From an uncultured Gammaproteobacteria bacterium (GTDB taxonomy: Bacteria > Patescibacteriota > Microgenomatia > CAZETR01 > Amesbacteraceae): a stretch of DNA of 64,000 nucleotides. The notes beneath the pieces are model-generated. The model was given only the letters and a program-made list of their open reading frames with translations. It was not told the origin of the DNA and ran no database searches. How positions within the stretch are numbered: the first letter of the stretch is position 1; every line of letters begins with the position of its first letter. The DNA lies in NCBI GenBank assembly GCA_964518565.1, contig CAZFGX010000001.1, positions 734,568-798,567 of the forward strand, in the 5' to 3' direction. Both the position numbers and the translations under genes were made by a program. Below, piece by piece: positions 37,559-47,667 of this stretch.

Positions 37559-38277
37559 GCTTTTTGTATTGTAACCCGTCGCCCCAAAATTCGCTCCGCA
37601 ATATCAATATCCCGATTATTCGTGTCACTAAAATAATATTCATCTTCACCTTCGTCATTCAATGATAATTTATTCGCCACCTCTCTCCCACAATGAATTA
37701 GCTCAGCCTCAACAAATTTTTTAATTATTGGCTCAAGCACAGGATAATGAGTGCACCCCAGTATTAGTGTATCAATCCCCTGTTCATTCACGAATGCCAA
37801 ATAACGTTTTACCAACCTTTCTATCAACTCTCCCTCACATTCACCTTCTTCCACAAACGGCACAAACAATGGACAGGCCTGTTCTACAATATCTGGAATA
37901 AATTTCTTGTACGCATGACTAGCAATAGTTCCCCGAGTTCCAATCACACCAATTCGTCCGTTTTTAGTCACCTTTTTAGCCGCTTCAGTTGCTGGCTCAA
38001 TCATGCCCCAAACAGGCACCCTAGCTACAGCCCTCACCTCAGCCAGAGCCAATGCCGACACAGTATTACAAGCAACCACTATTTCGCTCACTCCTTTTGA
38101 CAACAAAAATTTTGTATCTTCAATCGCAAACTGAGTAACCACATCTTTACCCCTGGGCCCATATGGCACCCGAGCCGTATCCCCAAAATAAATGATTTTT
38201 TTAGTCGGAAATCGCTTTTTAATCTCTGCCACGACCGTCAATCCACCCACTCCAGAATCAAACACCCCCAAAGCCAT
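37549..38277 (-). CDS. murI: Glutamate racemase
   Basis: LGVFDSGVGGLTV...IVVACNTVS...LGCTHYP motifs. Confidence 0.85.
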   Translation of the reverse strand: MALGVFDSGVGGLTVVAEIKKRFPTKKIIYFGDTARVPYGPRGKDVVTQFAIEDTKFLLSKGVSEIVVACNTVSALALAEVRAVARVPVWGMIEPATEAAKKVTKNGRIGVIGTRGTIASHAYKKFIPDIVEQACPLFVPFVEEGECEGELIERLVKRYLAFVNEQGIDTLILGCTHYPVLEPIIKKFVEAELIHCGREVANKLSLNDEGEDEYYFSDTNNRDIDIAERILGRRVTIQKAWQ

Positions 38278-38278
38278 A

Positions 38279-38989
38279 TCACACCATCATAGCAACCGCA
38301 GCAATTCTTCCCTCTGGCTCTCCAGTTATTCGCTTGCTTCGATAGTGTGAAAAATAATTCAGATCCCGAATTGTATCCACTGGACTAATATCAATTTTTT
38401 TAATACCTAAATCTTTTGCCTGTTTAACTAAATAGCCAGCCAAATCTATCCCAATCTTTCCATTCCCCTGCATATCCAAAAACTCTCCCCAACCATCCAA
38501 ACTTCTTTGGCGCACCTCTTCTACAGGAAATACATACGATTCCTTTTTTACCCCCGGACCAATTCGCATTTCAATATCCTCTGCTCGACTTCCAAACGCC
38601 ACCAATTCACCCACTACTCCCAACAACAACCCACCCACAATTCCTTGATATCCCAAATGTACCAATGCCAGTTGATTCTTGTGTGAATCAAACAATACCA
38701 CTGGAAAACAATCTCCCACCACCATAAACAAAGGCACCTGTAGTTCTCGAGTGATTAACGCATCGACATCTTCAATCATCTGCCCTTTATTTCGAGCATC
38801 AACCACAGCAAAATTTACGCCCAAATTTAATGAACCTACGACCAAATCAGTCGGAAGGACACGAAAACGTTTCAACCACAGAGCTCTATTTGTCTCAGCC
38901 TCACCATCAGTTGCCTGCCATTTTACCGACATATTGCCATCAGATTTTGTAGAAAAACCATATAACAAACCAGCCATATCATCCGCCAT
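38279..38989 (-). CDS. pgeF: YfiH/PgeF (DUF152, Cu-oxidase_4) family protein, a peptidoglycan-editing factor or purine nucleoside phosphorylase-like
   Basis: FSTKSDGNMS...VVGDCFPVVLF...ALVHLGYQGIVGG are family motifs. Confidence 0.7.
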   Translation of the reverse strand: MADDMAGLLYGFSTKSDGNMSVKWQATDGEAETNRALWLKRFRVLPTDLVVGSLNLGVNFAVVDARNKGQMIEDVDALITRELQVPLFMVVGDCFPVVLFDSHKNQLALVHLGYQGIVGGLLLGVVGELVAFGSRAEDIEMRIGPGVKKESYVFPVEEVRQRSLDGWGEFLDMQGNGKIGIDLAGYLVKQAKDLGIKKIDISPVDTIRDLNYFSHYRSKRITGEPEGRIAAVAMMV

Positions 38990-39030
38990 TATGGCACAAA
39001 ACTATACGTAACCCGTATAATAATAGAAGC

Positions 39031-40326
39031 ATGAATCTAAAAATTCAGGGTGGGGTCAAGCTCAAGGGTGAAATCACCCCTTCAGGTCGCAAAAACTCTG
39101 CCGTTGCCTTGATTCCAGCCTCAATTCTCTTCGACAAACCAGTTACATTTTCCAATGTCCCAGATATCACAGATATCGATCGTCTGGTCAAGATTTTGAC
39201 CGACATGGGCAGCAAAATCACCTGGGACAAACCCGCGAAAACTATCACTCTAGATCATAGCCAACTCAAATATGATCCCTTAGACAAATCTGACCTCCAA
39301 GGCACCAGCTCCAAAGGTATCCGCGGCACCACACTTCTCTGGGGTCCATTACTAGCCAAATTCAAAAAAGCCGAAAGTGCCGAACAACCTGCCGGTTGCA
39401 CACTAGGTGCCAGACCGATCGATGCCCACTATATAGCTTTCCAAGATTTGGGCGTAGTCATTACTGAACAAAATCATCAAATAATTCTAGACGGCACAAA
39501 TGCCAAAGCTGCCAATATTTGGCTCCTAGAAGCCAGCCCCACAGCCACTGAAAATGCCATTTGTCTAGCTGTCTCACTACCTGGAACTACCACTATTACT
39601 CATGCTGCTACTGAACCCAATGTCCAACAGCTTTGTATTTGGCTCAACTCCTGTGGCGCCGATATTACCGGTATTGGCTCAAATGTACTGACTATCAATG
39701 GTGGCAAACCCCTGACCCCTGCTCCTTGTGAAATTATCCCCGATCTCGAAGAGATTGCCACTTTCCTAGCTCTCGCAGCTGCAACCGGAGGCGAAATAAA
39801 AATTCACCACGCCGCACCCCAGTACTTCACAGGCATCAATCGTGAATTTGCCAAATTTGGTATCGGAATTATCTACGAAGGTGACACGGCCATGATCGCC
39901 GCCAATCAAAAACCGGTGATTACCAAAACCAAATCTGCCATGGTCGTCCGCGCCCAGCCTTGGCCCGGCTTACCAGTCGACATGTTGCCGTTATTTATTC
40001 CCCTCGCCTTAGCTGCACCTTCAGGTCAGGCCTTGTTTCACAATTGGATGTACGAAGCTGGTTTATTTTGGACCAGTGAATTACTCAAGCTTGGAGCCAA
40101 TATCACTATGTGCGACCCACACAGAGTCATTGTCACCGGTGGCAATCAATTAACTGGCACAGAAATGGATGCTCCCTATATCATCCGCGCCACCATATCA
40201 CTGGTCATGTCCGCCATGATCGCTTCAGGTGAATCCATCATCAAAAATGCTGACGCTGTTTTAAGAGCTCATCCAAACTTCGTCGCCAATCTCAAATCCC
40301 TCGGCGCCCAAATCGAAGAAGTGTAG
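39031..40326 (+). CDS. murA: UDP-N-acetylglucosamine 1-carboxyvinyltransferase
   Basis: MNLKIQGGVKLKGEITPSGRKNSAVALIPASIL. EPSP-synthase-fold repeats. 431 aa. Confidence 0.85.
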   Translation: MNLKIQGGVKLKGEITPSGRKNSAVALIPASILFDKPVTFSNVPDITDIDRLVKILTDMGSKITWDKPAKTITLDHSQLKYDPLDKSDLQGTSSKGIRGTTLLWGPLLAKFKKAESAEQPAGCTLGARPIDAHYIAFQDLGVVITEQNHQIILDGTNAKAANIWLLEASPTATENAICLAVSLPGTTTITHAATEPNVQQLCIWLNSCGADITGIGSNVLTINGGKPLTPAPCEIIPDLEEIATFLALAAATGGEIKIHHAAPQYFTGINREFAKFGIGIIYEGDTAMIAANQKPVITKTKSAMVVRAQPWPGLPVDMLPLFIPLALAAPSGQALFHNWMYEAGLFWTSELLKLGANITMCDPHRVIVTGGNQLTGTEMDAPYIIRATISLVMSAMIASGESIIKNADAVLRAHPNFVANLKSLGAQIEEV

Positions 40327-40327
40327 T

Positions 40328-41371
40328 ATGGATCTGTCTCAATACAACACGTTACAAGTTCCAGCTAAAACCAAAAGCTTCCTAGAAATAAACACACCTG
40401 AAGATCTAGAAAAAATCAATCTCACCGAACCATATATGTTTTTAGGTTCTGGTGCCAATGTATTATTTACCAAAGATTACCCCGGCACAGTCGCCAAAAT
40501 AAATCTCGATGGTATTACTGTCGTCGAAGAAACAGATACAGATGTCCTAATCGAAGTTCAATCAGGCCAAAACTGGCATGACTTTGTCACTTTCTGTGTC
40601 GAAAATGGCTTTTCTGGCAACGAAAATATGGCTCTCATTCCCGGCACAGTTGGCGCTGCCGCCATTGGCAATATCGCCGCATATGGTCAAGACCAAGAAG
40701 ACATCTTCGAATTTTTAATTGCTCGCGACCTCAAAACAGGTAAATCTCACAAATTCACCAAAAACGATATGGGCTTTGCCTACCGCGAAAGCGCACTCAA
40801 AAAAAATCCTCAAAATTTGTTTGTTTCATCTGTCACCTATCGCCTCTCAAAATCTCCGCAGTTTTCTCTAAATTACGACGCCAAACGCCATCAATCATTA
40901 CGTTCTAAATTGATGGAACTGCACGAAAACCAAACCTCAAAACAATTCACGAGTAAAGACATTTATGAAGCGATCATCGCCCTACGAATTGAAAAATTGC
41001 CCGATTGGCGCACTACTCCAAATGCAGGCTCATTTTTCAAAAACCCTGTCGTCACCAAAGATCATTTTCTTACCCTCCAGTCCCAAGTCCCAGATCTCCA
41101 AGCCTATCCACCAGAAAAACTCATTCAAACCTCAGACGATTCTTGGCTAGATTCAGCCATAGAAATCAAAGTGCCCGCTGGCCGTTTATTAGATCAGCTC
41201 GGTTGGCGCGGCAAACGAATTGGCAATGTCGGCACGCACCATTCTCAAGCGTTATGCGTGGTCAATTATGGCGCCACCGGAGCCGAAATTTATGCCTTCA
41301 CCGAAAGTATGCGCCAAGACATAAAATCTCATTACAATATCGATCTTGAGTACGAAGTACAAATCCGCTAA
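40328..41371 (+). CDS. murB: UDP-N-acetylenolpyruvoylglucosamine reductase
   Basis: FAD-binding FLGSGANVLF. LIPGTVGAAAIGNIAAYGQ motif. Confidence 0.8.
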   Translation: MDLSQYNTLQVPAKTKSFLEINTPEDLEKINLTEPYMFLGSGANVLFTKDYPGTVAKINLDGITVVEETDTDVLIEVQSGQNWHDFVTFCVENGFSGNENMALIPGTVGAAAIGNIAAYGQDQEDIFEFLIARDLKTGKSHKFTKNDMGFAYRESALKKNPQNLFVSSVTYRLSKSPQFSLNYDAKRHQSLRSKLMELHENQTSKQFTSKDIYEAIIALRIEKLPDWRTTPNAGSFFKNPVVTKDHFLTLQSQVPDLQAYPPEKLIQTSDDSWLDSAIEIKVPAGRLLDQLGWRGKRIGNVGTHHSQALCVVNYGATGAEIYAFTESMRQDIKSHYNIDLEYEVQIR

Positions 41372-41391
41372 CCTGTGCTATAAATATTAAT

Positions 41392-42072
41392 ATGGATCGC
41401 CAATCTGAAGTAACAGAACAACAAACAGAACTTCGTGGACTTACCCCAAAAAACCTGACTGAATATCTCTCACAGATGACAACACTGGCCATGGAAGATC
41501 TAGAGCTTGACAGTGAAAAAGCAACAGTCGAAAACGCCCTGCATGAAATAACACTCCAATCAAACAAACCTGTAACAACAGAAAAAATTTCAGACCGAGA
41601 TCGGCTATATGACACCGAAATCGGTTCAAAAGAACGCTTTCCAAATCCAGAATCTCGCCGCCCAAGTATAGGAGAGTATCCCGGATTTCATATAAGCCAA
41701 CCCAGACCAGACGGAAGTGTATTACACATATATGTCTATGGTGGATTAAGAGATTATGATGTAAATCTACGAGACGGAGTTACCTCACGCCAAAAAGGCA
41801 ACGACAGCGCTTCACAAACTGAAGATATACTTTCCCAACCCACAAACTTCCGTTTTGAGGTTACCGACGAACGTGGAAACAAGCCCACCAGCCACATGTG
41901 GATTGCAGCTACATTAATAGGCCATGAACCAGGACAATTTAAAATGGCAGAATCTGGAAACAGAGTTCTAAACAGGGACATTCTCATACCTCCACAATTT
42001 TCCGATGAGATTAGAGAGGAAACACAAATTGTCTCAAAAGTGAAACAAACCCTAAATCAGCGTCCTCGTTAA
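41392..42072 (+). CDS. Hypothetical soluble protein inserted between murB and ddl
   Basis: 226-aa ORF with no TM and no recognisable motifs. Confidence 0.4.
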   Translation: MDRQSEVTEQQTELRGLTPKNLTEYLSQMTTLAMEDLELDSEKATVENALHEITLQSNKPVTTEKISDRDRLYDTEIGSKERFPNPESRRPSIGEYPGFHISQPRPDGSVLHIYVYGGLRDYDVNLRDGVTSRQKGNDSASQTEDILSQPTNFRFEVTDERGNKPTSHMWIAATLIGHEPGQFKMAESGNRVLNRDILIPPQFSDEIREETQIVSKVKQTLNQRPR

Positions 42073-43092
42073 ATCCATTCTGCGATTATGTCGCTCAATC
42101 GCCAATTGAATTAACCTATCCAGCAATTCTGAATATTTCACTCCACTCGCTTCCCATAATTTCGGAAACATAGATACACTCGTAAACCCAGGCAACGTAT
42201 TGATCTCATTTACAAATACTTCGCCATCTTTGCGCAAAAAGAAATCGACTCTGGCCATTCCTTCTACATCTAATACTTCACAGCTCTTTATTGCCAATTT
42301 TTGTATCTTCGAAACCAAATCCTCATCCAAATCATCGGCAGGTATCTGAATCTCAGCCGCATCAACATCGATATACTTTGCCTCATAATCATAAAAATCC
42401 CCCTTCACAATCACTTCACCTACAACTGAAGCTTCATATGGTCGATTGCCTAGTACACCCACTTCCAATTCTCGCCCAGCTACCCCTGCCTCTAAAACCA
42501 CCTTCGTATCATAAGCAAACGCTCGTTTGACTGCCTTTTCCAACTCATCTAGCTGCATACAACGTGTCACTCCTACAGATGAACCCGTATTAGCCGGCTT
42601 CACAAATACTGGATACCCCGAGCTCTCCACAAATTCTTTGGCTTCATGTGTCAAGACTGGCTGATGCAAAACCAAAAAATCTGTCACGCGCACCCCTGCT
42701 GCCCGCAGCAAACGTTTTTGTACATCCTTATCCATCCCAATGGCCGATCCCAACACTCCTGCCCCCACATACGCTACTCCCATTTGCTCAAAAAGTCCCT
42801 GCAAACTTCCATCTTCCCCCGCAGTACCGTGAATGATTGGAAAAAATACATCCGTTACAACCTCTTGAGGCGTCAGAATATGTTGGACCTGATCTAACGC
42901 TTTCATTTCCGAAAACCCTGGTAACCATTTAGGCTCAATTTTTTGCCATCCTCCAAAACGATCTACGCCAATCAGAGTAATATCATATTTTTGCTTATCT
43001 AACGCTTTATAAATATTCGCCGCCGACCGCACACTCACCTCATGCTCCGCACTTCGACCTCCAAACACCAATCCCACACGAATTTTTGCCAT
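42052..43092 (-). CDS. ddl: D-alanine-D-alanine ligase
   Basis: MAKIRVGLVFGGRSAEHEVSVRSA N-terminus. ATP-grasp motifs. Confidence 0.85.
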   Translation of the reverse strand: MAKIRVGLVFGGRSAEHEVSVRSAANIYKALDKQKYDITLIGVDRFGGWQKIEPKWLPGFSEMKALDQVQHILTPQEVVTDVFFPIIHGTAGEDGSLQGLFEQMGVAYVGAGVLGSAIGMDKDVQKRLLRAAGVRVTDFLVLHQPVLTHEAKEFVESSGYPVFVKPANTGSSVGVTRCMQLDELEKAVKRAFAYDTKVVLEAGVAGRELEVGVLGNRPYEASVVGEVIVKGDFYDYEAKYIDVDAAEIQIPADDLDEDLVSKIQKLAIKSCEVLDVEGMARVDFFLRKDGEVFVNEINTLPGFTSVSMFPKLWEASGVKYSELLDRLIQLAIERHNRRMDLTRTLI

Positions 43093-43117
43093 GGAATAAG
43101 TATATAATAGCCTTGCA

Positions 43118-44293
43118 ATGGGGTTTTCCTTACTTCGTTTTTGGACTGGACCTCTTCCTCAGGAAGAGCTATTCCCTACCGACCGCCAACCAAATCCTAT
43201 ACTTCATTGGATTCTTCATCCTATCAAACGTCATATTGCTCGCCACTATCTGAAACTACTCCAGCGATTTTGTGGACTCAAGGTCATTGCCATTGCTGGC
43301 TCAAATGGCAAAACCACGACTCGCACGCTACTGGCCCACATTTTGCCCAATAATGTTGCCACCAAAGACTCCATCACCTCCACCTACAATATCCCCTCAT
43401 CAATATTGCAACTACGTCCTTGGACCAAATATTTTATCTGCGAGATGTCAGTCGAATATGTCGGGGATATGCGCTTTTATCGCTGGCTCACCACTCCAGA
43501 TATTGCCATTATGACCATGATCGAAATAGAACACACCAAATATTTTGGTTCAATTGAATCAGTAGCCAAAGAAGAAAACTATCTCCTCGAACACATGCCA
43601 AAAAACTCTATCGCAATAATCAACGGCAACAGTCCCAAAATTAGCACCAATACTCGCGCCAAAGTGTTCAAATTTGGCACCTCACCTGAATTTGACTCGT
43701 ATATCAAATCAGTAGAATTAACTCCGGATTTCCATACTAAAATTCAGATTATCGCCAAAGGTACCGAAACAACGCTTACAATTCCACTTGTTGGCAAGCA
43801 TTTTGCTCACCCCATTGCTGCCACACTCCTTATTTCAGACATACTAGATCTCAACACAGAAGAGAGTGTTCAAAATCTACTCTCAATCACTCCTCCACTA
43901 CATAGAGCCAATATAGTCACAAACCCATCTGGCTTAACAATTATCGATGACACATATAATTCCAACCCATCCTCTGCCAAAGCTTCAATTGAAACCGCAA
44001 TTGAACTAACAAAATTAACGCAAAAAAATTTAATAATAATTATTAGCCAAATGAACGAACTCGGCCAATATGACATAGCCGAACATCAACGACTCGCCGA
44101 ACAAATTAAAAAATCGGATACGAAATACGTTTTTTCAGTCGGACCTTCTGCCAAAAAAATCGGCAAAAACTTCGCCAACACCCAAGAACTAATTGACCAT
44201 CTCACAAATCAAAAACTTCCCAAAAATTCCTTAATCCTTATCAAAGGCTCTCGCAGTTGGAAACTAGAAAATCTGGTAGACTTGCTTTCCTAA
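43118..44293 (+). CDS. murF: Mur ligase, MurF-like (UDP-MurNAc-tripeptide: D-Ala-D-Ala ligase)
   Basis: VIAIAGSNGKTTTRTLLAHIL P-loop. IIDDTYNSNPSSAKASIE C-terminal domain motif. Confidence 0.7.
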   Translation: MGFSLLRFWTGPLPQEELFPTDRQPNPILHWILHPIKRHIARHYLKLLQRFCGLKVIAIAGSNGKTTTRTLLAHILPNNVATKDSITSTYNIPSSILQLRPWTKYFICEMSVEYVGDMRFYRWLTTPDIAIMTMIEIEHTKYFGSIESVAKEENYLLEHMPKNSIAIINGNSPKISTNTRAKVFKFGTSPEFDSYIKSVELTPDFHTKIQIIAKGTETTLTIPLVGKHFAHPIAATLLISDILDLNTEESVQNLLSITPPLHRANIVTNPSGLTIIDDTYNSNPSSAKASIETAIELTKLTQKNLIIIISQMNELGQYDIAEHQRLAEQIKKSDTKYVFSVGPSAKKIGKNFANTQELIDHLTNQKLPKNSLILIKGSRSWKLENLVDLLS

Positions 44294-46116
44294 TGCAAAT
44301 TCTGCTCAAGCATCCTATTTTCAAAACCATCGCATCTCTAACCAATGATGGAATTTGGATCATCAATCTTCAAGGCCAAACCTTATACGTAAACACCAAA
44401 ATGGCCAGCCTTTTAGGTTACTCTGCCGAAGAATTGATCAATATGTCAGTCTACGACTTCTTCTTTCCTGAAGATCTCAAACGCAGCAAAGGGCGCCTTC
44501 ACAACACGTTCAACGGTCTAAGTAGCTCCCATACGAGCAAATTTCGCCGTAAGGATGGTACAGCTCTAGTAGTGGTTTCACGCACAGGTCCATTACAAGA
44601 CCAAAATGGTCTTATTTATGGCGCATTAGGGATATTTACCAACATCACCCAAGAGCTCACCCACGAAGTCGGTATTGCTCAACTAGCTTCCATCGTCGAA
44701 AGTTCAGACGATGCTATATGGAGTTTTGACTTCACTGGAAAAATTAAGAGTTGGAACAAAGGAGCCGAAAATCTCTACGGATACATAGCCAAAGAAATGC
44801 TGGAGGAAAGTATCTATAAAATAATCCCAAAAAATCCTGCCATACTCAAAACGATCAAACAACTCATAAACAGGTTAAAACGCGGCGAGTCTGTCCCTAT
44901 TATTGAAAGCGTTCGTCAAACCAAATCTGGTCAAATAATTCAGGTATCATTCAACGCTTCACTTATCAAATCATCGGATGAAAATATCTATGGCATATCG
45001 ATTATCGAACGCGACATTACCCTACACAAAAAAATTGAACAAGAAAACACCGAACTCTTAGCCCAACTCAATGGCCTAGTAGAAATTGCCCCTATTGGCA
45101 TCGCCTTTGTGAACAACCAGCTCCAGTTCATAAAAACCAACGACACTTTCGCAGAAATTGCCGGCCTACCATTCATAGAACACCTCAATAAAACTCCTAA
45201 CGAACTCTTCAATCCAGCACATGCCAAACTAATAAACAAACAATTCGACTCGGTTTTGTCAAACCGCCGTCTAAAAAGTTTTGAGATAGAAAATTTACGT
45301 GACACACCACAAAAACAATTTGTTTCGGTTATCTGTTATCCAATTGAAACTACTGCCAACCACTATGGTATCGGCGTAATACTCCAAGATATCACCGAAC
45401 AAAAAATTATCGAAAGACGCAAAGACGATTTTCTCAGTATGGCTTCTCATGAACTAAAAACTCCATTAACAGCAATCAAAGCGTTCACTCAATTATTACA
45501 GCTTTCCAAACAAACCCGAGCAAAAAAAGATACAAGCCTGCTACAAAAAATTGACCAACAAATCAACCGACTTACAAAGCTTGTAAACGATTTATTGGAT
45601 ATTTCAAAAATTCGTAGTGGCAAAATAGCCATTGAACCAGAGTGGTTTGACTTCGATGCCTTGGTCAATGAAACAATTAAAACGTATCAAGCAGCAATTA
45701 CCTCTCACCATATCAGTATATTCGGCAAAACCGAATCAACTATCTTTGCCGACCGACATCGAATATCGCAAGTCATTACTAATCTTTTGAGCAATGCAAT
45801 TAAATACTCCCCCAACAGTGATCAAGTCGAGGTTGAAATGGAAAAACAAGCTGGACATATCAACTTTAGTGTTCGTGACTACGGTATCGGCATCTCACCC
45901 ATCAATCAAAAACGTATTTTTCAAAGTTTTTATCGAGTCTTTGATCCAAATGACAATCAATTTCCCGGATTAGGTATTGGTCTATACATTGCTTCAGAGA
46001 TAATTCGACTACATGGCGGTACAATAGGGGTGAAAAGTCGACTAAGCGCTGGTTCTCTCTTTTATTTCAACCTACCATATGAAACCAAAAGTTCTCATCA
46101 TCGACGACGAAAATGA
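44293..46116 (+). CDS. Sensor histidine kinase with N-terminal PAS domains, HisKA and HATPase_c
   Basis: H-box SHELKTPLTAIKAF. G-box GLGIGLYIASEIIRLHGGTIGV. Start at the ATG overlapping the murF stop (taATG). Confidence 0.8.
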   Translation: MQILLKHPIFKTIASLTNDGIWIINLQGQTLYVNTKMASLLGYSAEELINMSVYDFFFPEDLKRSKGRLHNTFNGLSSSHTSKFRRKDGTALVVVSRTGPLQDQNGLIYGALGIFTNITQELTHEVGIAQLASIVESSDDAIWSFDFTGKIKSWNKGAENLYGYIAKEMLEESIYKIIPKNPAILKTIKQLINRLKRGESVPIIESVRQTKSGQIIQVSFNASLIKSSDENIYGISIIERDITLHKKIEQENTELLAQLNGLVEIAPIGIAFVNNQLQFIKTNDTFAEIAGLPFIEHLNKTPNELFNPAHAKLINKQFDSVLSNRRLKSFEIENLRDTPQKQFVSVICYPIETTANHYGIGVILQDITEQKIIERRKDDFLSMASHELKTPLTAIKAFTQLLQLSKQTRAKKDTSLLQKIDQQINRLTKLVNDLLDISKIRSGKIAIEPEWFDFDALVNETIKTYQAAITSHHISIFGKTESTIFADRHRISQVITNLLSNAIKYSPNSDQVEVEMEKQAGHINFSVRDYGIGISPINQKRIFQSFYRVFDPNDNQFPGLGIGLYIASEIIRLHGGTIGVKSRLSAGSLFYFNLPYETKSSHHRRRK

Positions 46117-46447
46117 CATCTTAGAAGCCATTACGTTGATATTAAAAACCCAAGATTTAACCGTCAGCACGCACACATCTGCCCCGCCTATCGAATGGAT
46201 CATCAAATACCAGCCAAAGCTCATCCTGCTTGATATGCTGCTTATTGGCAAATCTGGCCACGAAATCTGCAAAGAATTAAAATCTCATCCACAAACCAAA
46301 GATATTCCTATTATTCTTTTATCCGCCAATCCCATCGCCAAATTAAAAAGTCTAAGTAAATCATGCAACGCGGACAATTATCTTCCCAAACCATTTGAAC
46401 TAACTGAGCTAATAACCATAGTCAAAAAATACATACCCTCTTTCTAA
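46079..46447 (+). CDS. Single-domain response regulator (CheY-like receiver only)
   Basis: LIIDDENDI...LILLDMLL...ILLSAN receiver motifs. Overlaps the kinase 3' end. Confidence 0.7.
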   Translation: MKPKVLIIDDENDILEAITLILKTQDLTVSTHTSAPPIEWIIKYQPKLILLDMLLIGKSGHEICKELKSHPQTKDIPIILLSANPIAKLKSLSKSCNADNYLPKPFELTELITIVKKYIPSF

Positions 46448-46527
46448 CTTCTTACACATCTCTCCCTAAATCTTCAAGCCCAGCGAGTACAGTTCAAAGT
46501 ATGACAAATAGAAAGGGGGTGAAAAAA

Positions 46528-46746
46528 ATGAATCAAGATACCAACAAAAAAAATAAATCCAACTCTGCCAAAGGCTTTGCAGGCATGGATCCCGAACAAC
46601 AACGCGAAATTGCTTCAAAAGGTGGCCAAGCTGCTCACCAATCCGGCAATGCTCACGAATGGGATAGCCAAGAGGCCAAAGACGCAGGTCGACTCGGTGG
46701 TCAAAATAGCCGAGGTTCGACAAATTCAGACCTTGAAGAAGAATAG
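46528..46746 (+). CDS. KGG-repeat general stress protein
   Basis: Repeated GGQ...HQSGNAHE and GGQNSRG KGG-type motifs. Strong SD AGAAAGGGGGTGA before the ATG at 46528. Confidence 0.6.
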   Translation: MNQDTNKKNKSNSAKGFAGMDPEQQREIASKGGQAAHQSGNAHEWDSQEAKDAGRLGGQNSRGSTNSDLEEE

Positions 46747-47240
46747 TTTTCTACTCTTCTCAAACCAATAGTAAATATGGGCGATCGAAATTGATCGCCC
46801 ATATTACAAATCTGGCGCATCAACACAATGCTTTCGCCTAATGCTTTTAAAAACAAAATCTTATCCTCCACATAAGCGTTAACATAAATTTTAAATACCC
46901 CCTCCTCTTGCTTGGGCCAATTCCAAGATGTCCGACCGCGATAGACGGCTTTTCGAGCCCCAAAGGTAATTTTTGCCTTGCACAAATATTCCAATAAAAT
47001 ATGCTCAAACAAATGACCAAACTCTGTATTTTGTACCTCTTGCTCAAATGCGAAGCCCTGATCATTAAAACACGTAGATCGCAAAATACTAGGCAAGCGC
47101 CACTGCAACAATTCTACAATTCCTGACAAACTATCTGTTCGATAAATACGAGATGTTTGTAAATACATCACCACCCCCCGTTTACCAAACGTACCTGATA
47201 TTGAAAAATTCTGGTCTTGATACCACAGTTTCTTACTCAT
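46701..47240 (-). CDS. Hypothetical protein; the 3' end overlaps the KGG gene and the palindromic hairpin
   Basis: 179-aa ORF with no recognisable motif. The 3' ~35 codons read through the 46775-46804 hairpin. Confidence 0.35.
   Translation of the reverse strand: MSKKLWYQDQNFSISGTFGKRGVVMYLQTSRIYRTDSLSGIVELLQWRLPSILRSTCFNDQGFAFEQEVQNTEFGHLFEHILLEYLCKAKITFGARKAVYRGRTSWNWPKQEEGVFKIYVNAYVEDKILFLKALGESIVLMRQICNMGDQFRSPIFTIGLRRVENYSSSRSEFVEPRLF
46775..46804. terminator. 30-nt perfect palindrome with a 12-bp stem, a candidate intrinsic terminator for the KGG gene
   Basis: ATATGGGCGATC-GAAATT-GATCGCCCATAT, 29 nt downstream of the stop at 46746. No strong T-run. Confidence 0.5.
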
Positions 47241-47256
47241 TTCTCACACTATAAAA

Positions 47257-47307
47257 ACCAAATTCTTACAATGCAAGCTGAACAATAAAATTTACCAAAT
47301 TCTTACA
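47257..47307. promoter_or_regulatory. Two exact 14-nt direct repeats ACCAAATTCTTACA in the divergent promoter region of the stress genes
   Basis: Copies at 47257-47270 and 47294-47307, between the minus-strand gene starting at 47240 and the GlsB/YeaQ gene at 47383. Confidence 0.5.
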
Positions 47308-47382
47308 TCACATTTATATCCGATTTATAACCAATATCTAATCTATATATATGAACACAAAACGAAAGGAGGTGAAACATCT

Positions 47383-47631
47383 ATGGGGATAATACTTGGA
47401 ATAATTCTCGGTGCTTTAGCTGGATGGATTGCCTCCATGATTATGAAAACTGACGCCCAACAAGGAACACTTGGAGACATCATCCTTGGTATCGTCGGAG
47501 CTGTTATCGGCGGAATAGTCATGAATTTCTTAGGCCAGCCAGGCGTAACCGGATTCAATCTATACAGTCTCATCGTCTCCGTCGTTGGCGCAATTGTCGT
47601 CATCGCTATTGGCCGTGCACTCAGTAGATAA
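47383..47631 (+). CDS. GlsB/YeaQ/YmgE-family stress-response membrane protein
   Basis: MGIILGIILGALAGWIASMIM...GIVGAVIGGIV family signature. SD AAAGGAGGTGA upstream. Confidence 0.7.
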   Translation: MGIILGIILGALAGWIASMIMKTDAQQGTLGDIILGIVGAVIGGIVMNFLGQPGVTGFNLYSLIVSVVGAIVVIAIGRALSR

Positions 47632-47667
47632 TTTTCCTAAAATACCCCACCTTGATTATCAGATGTC

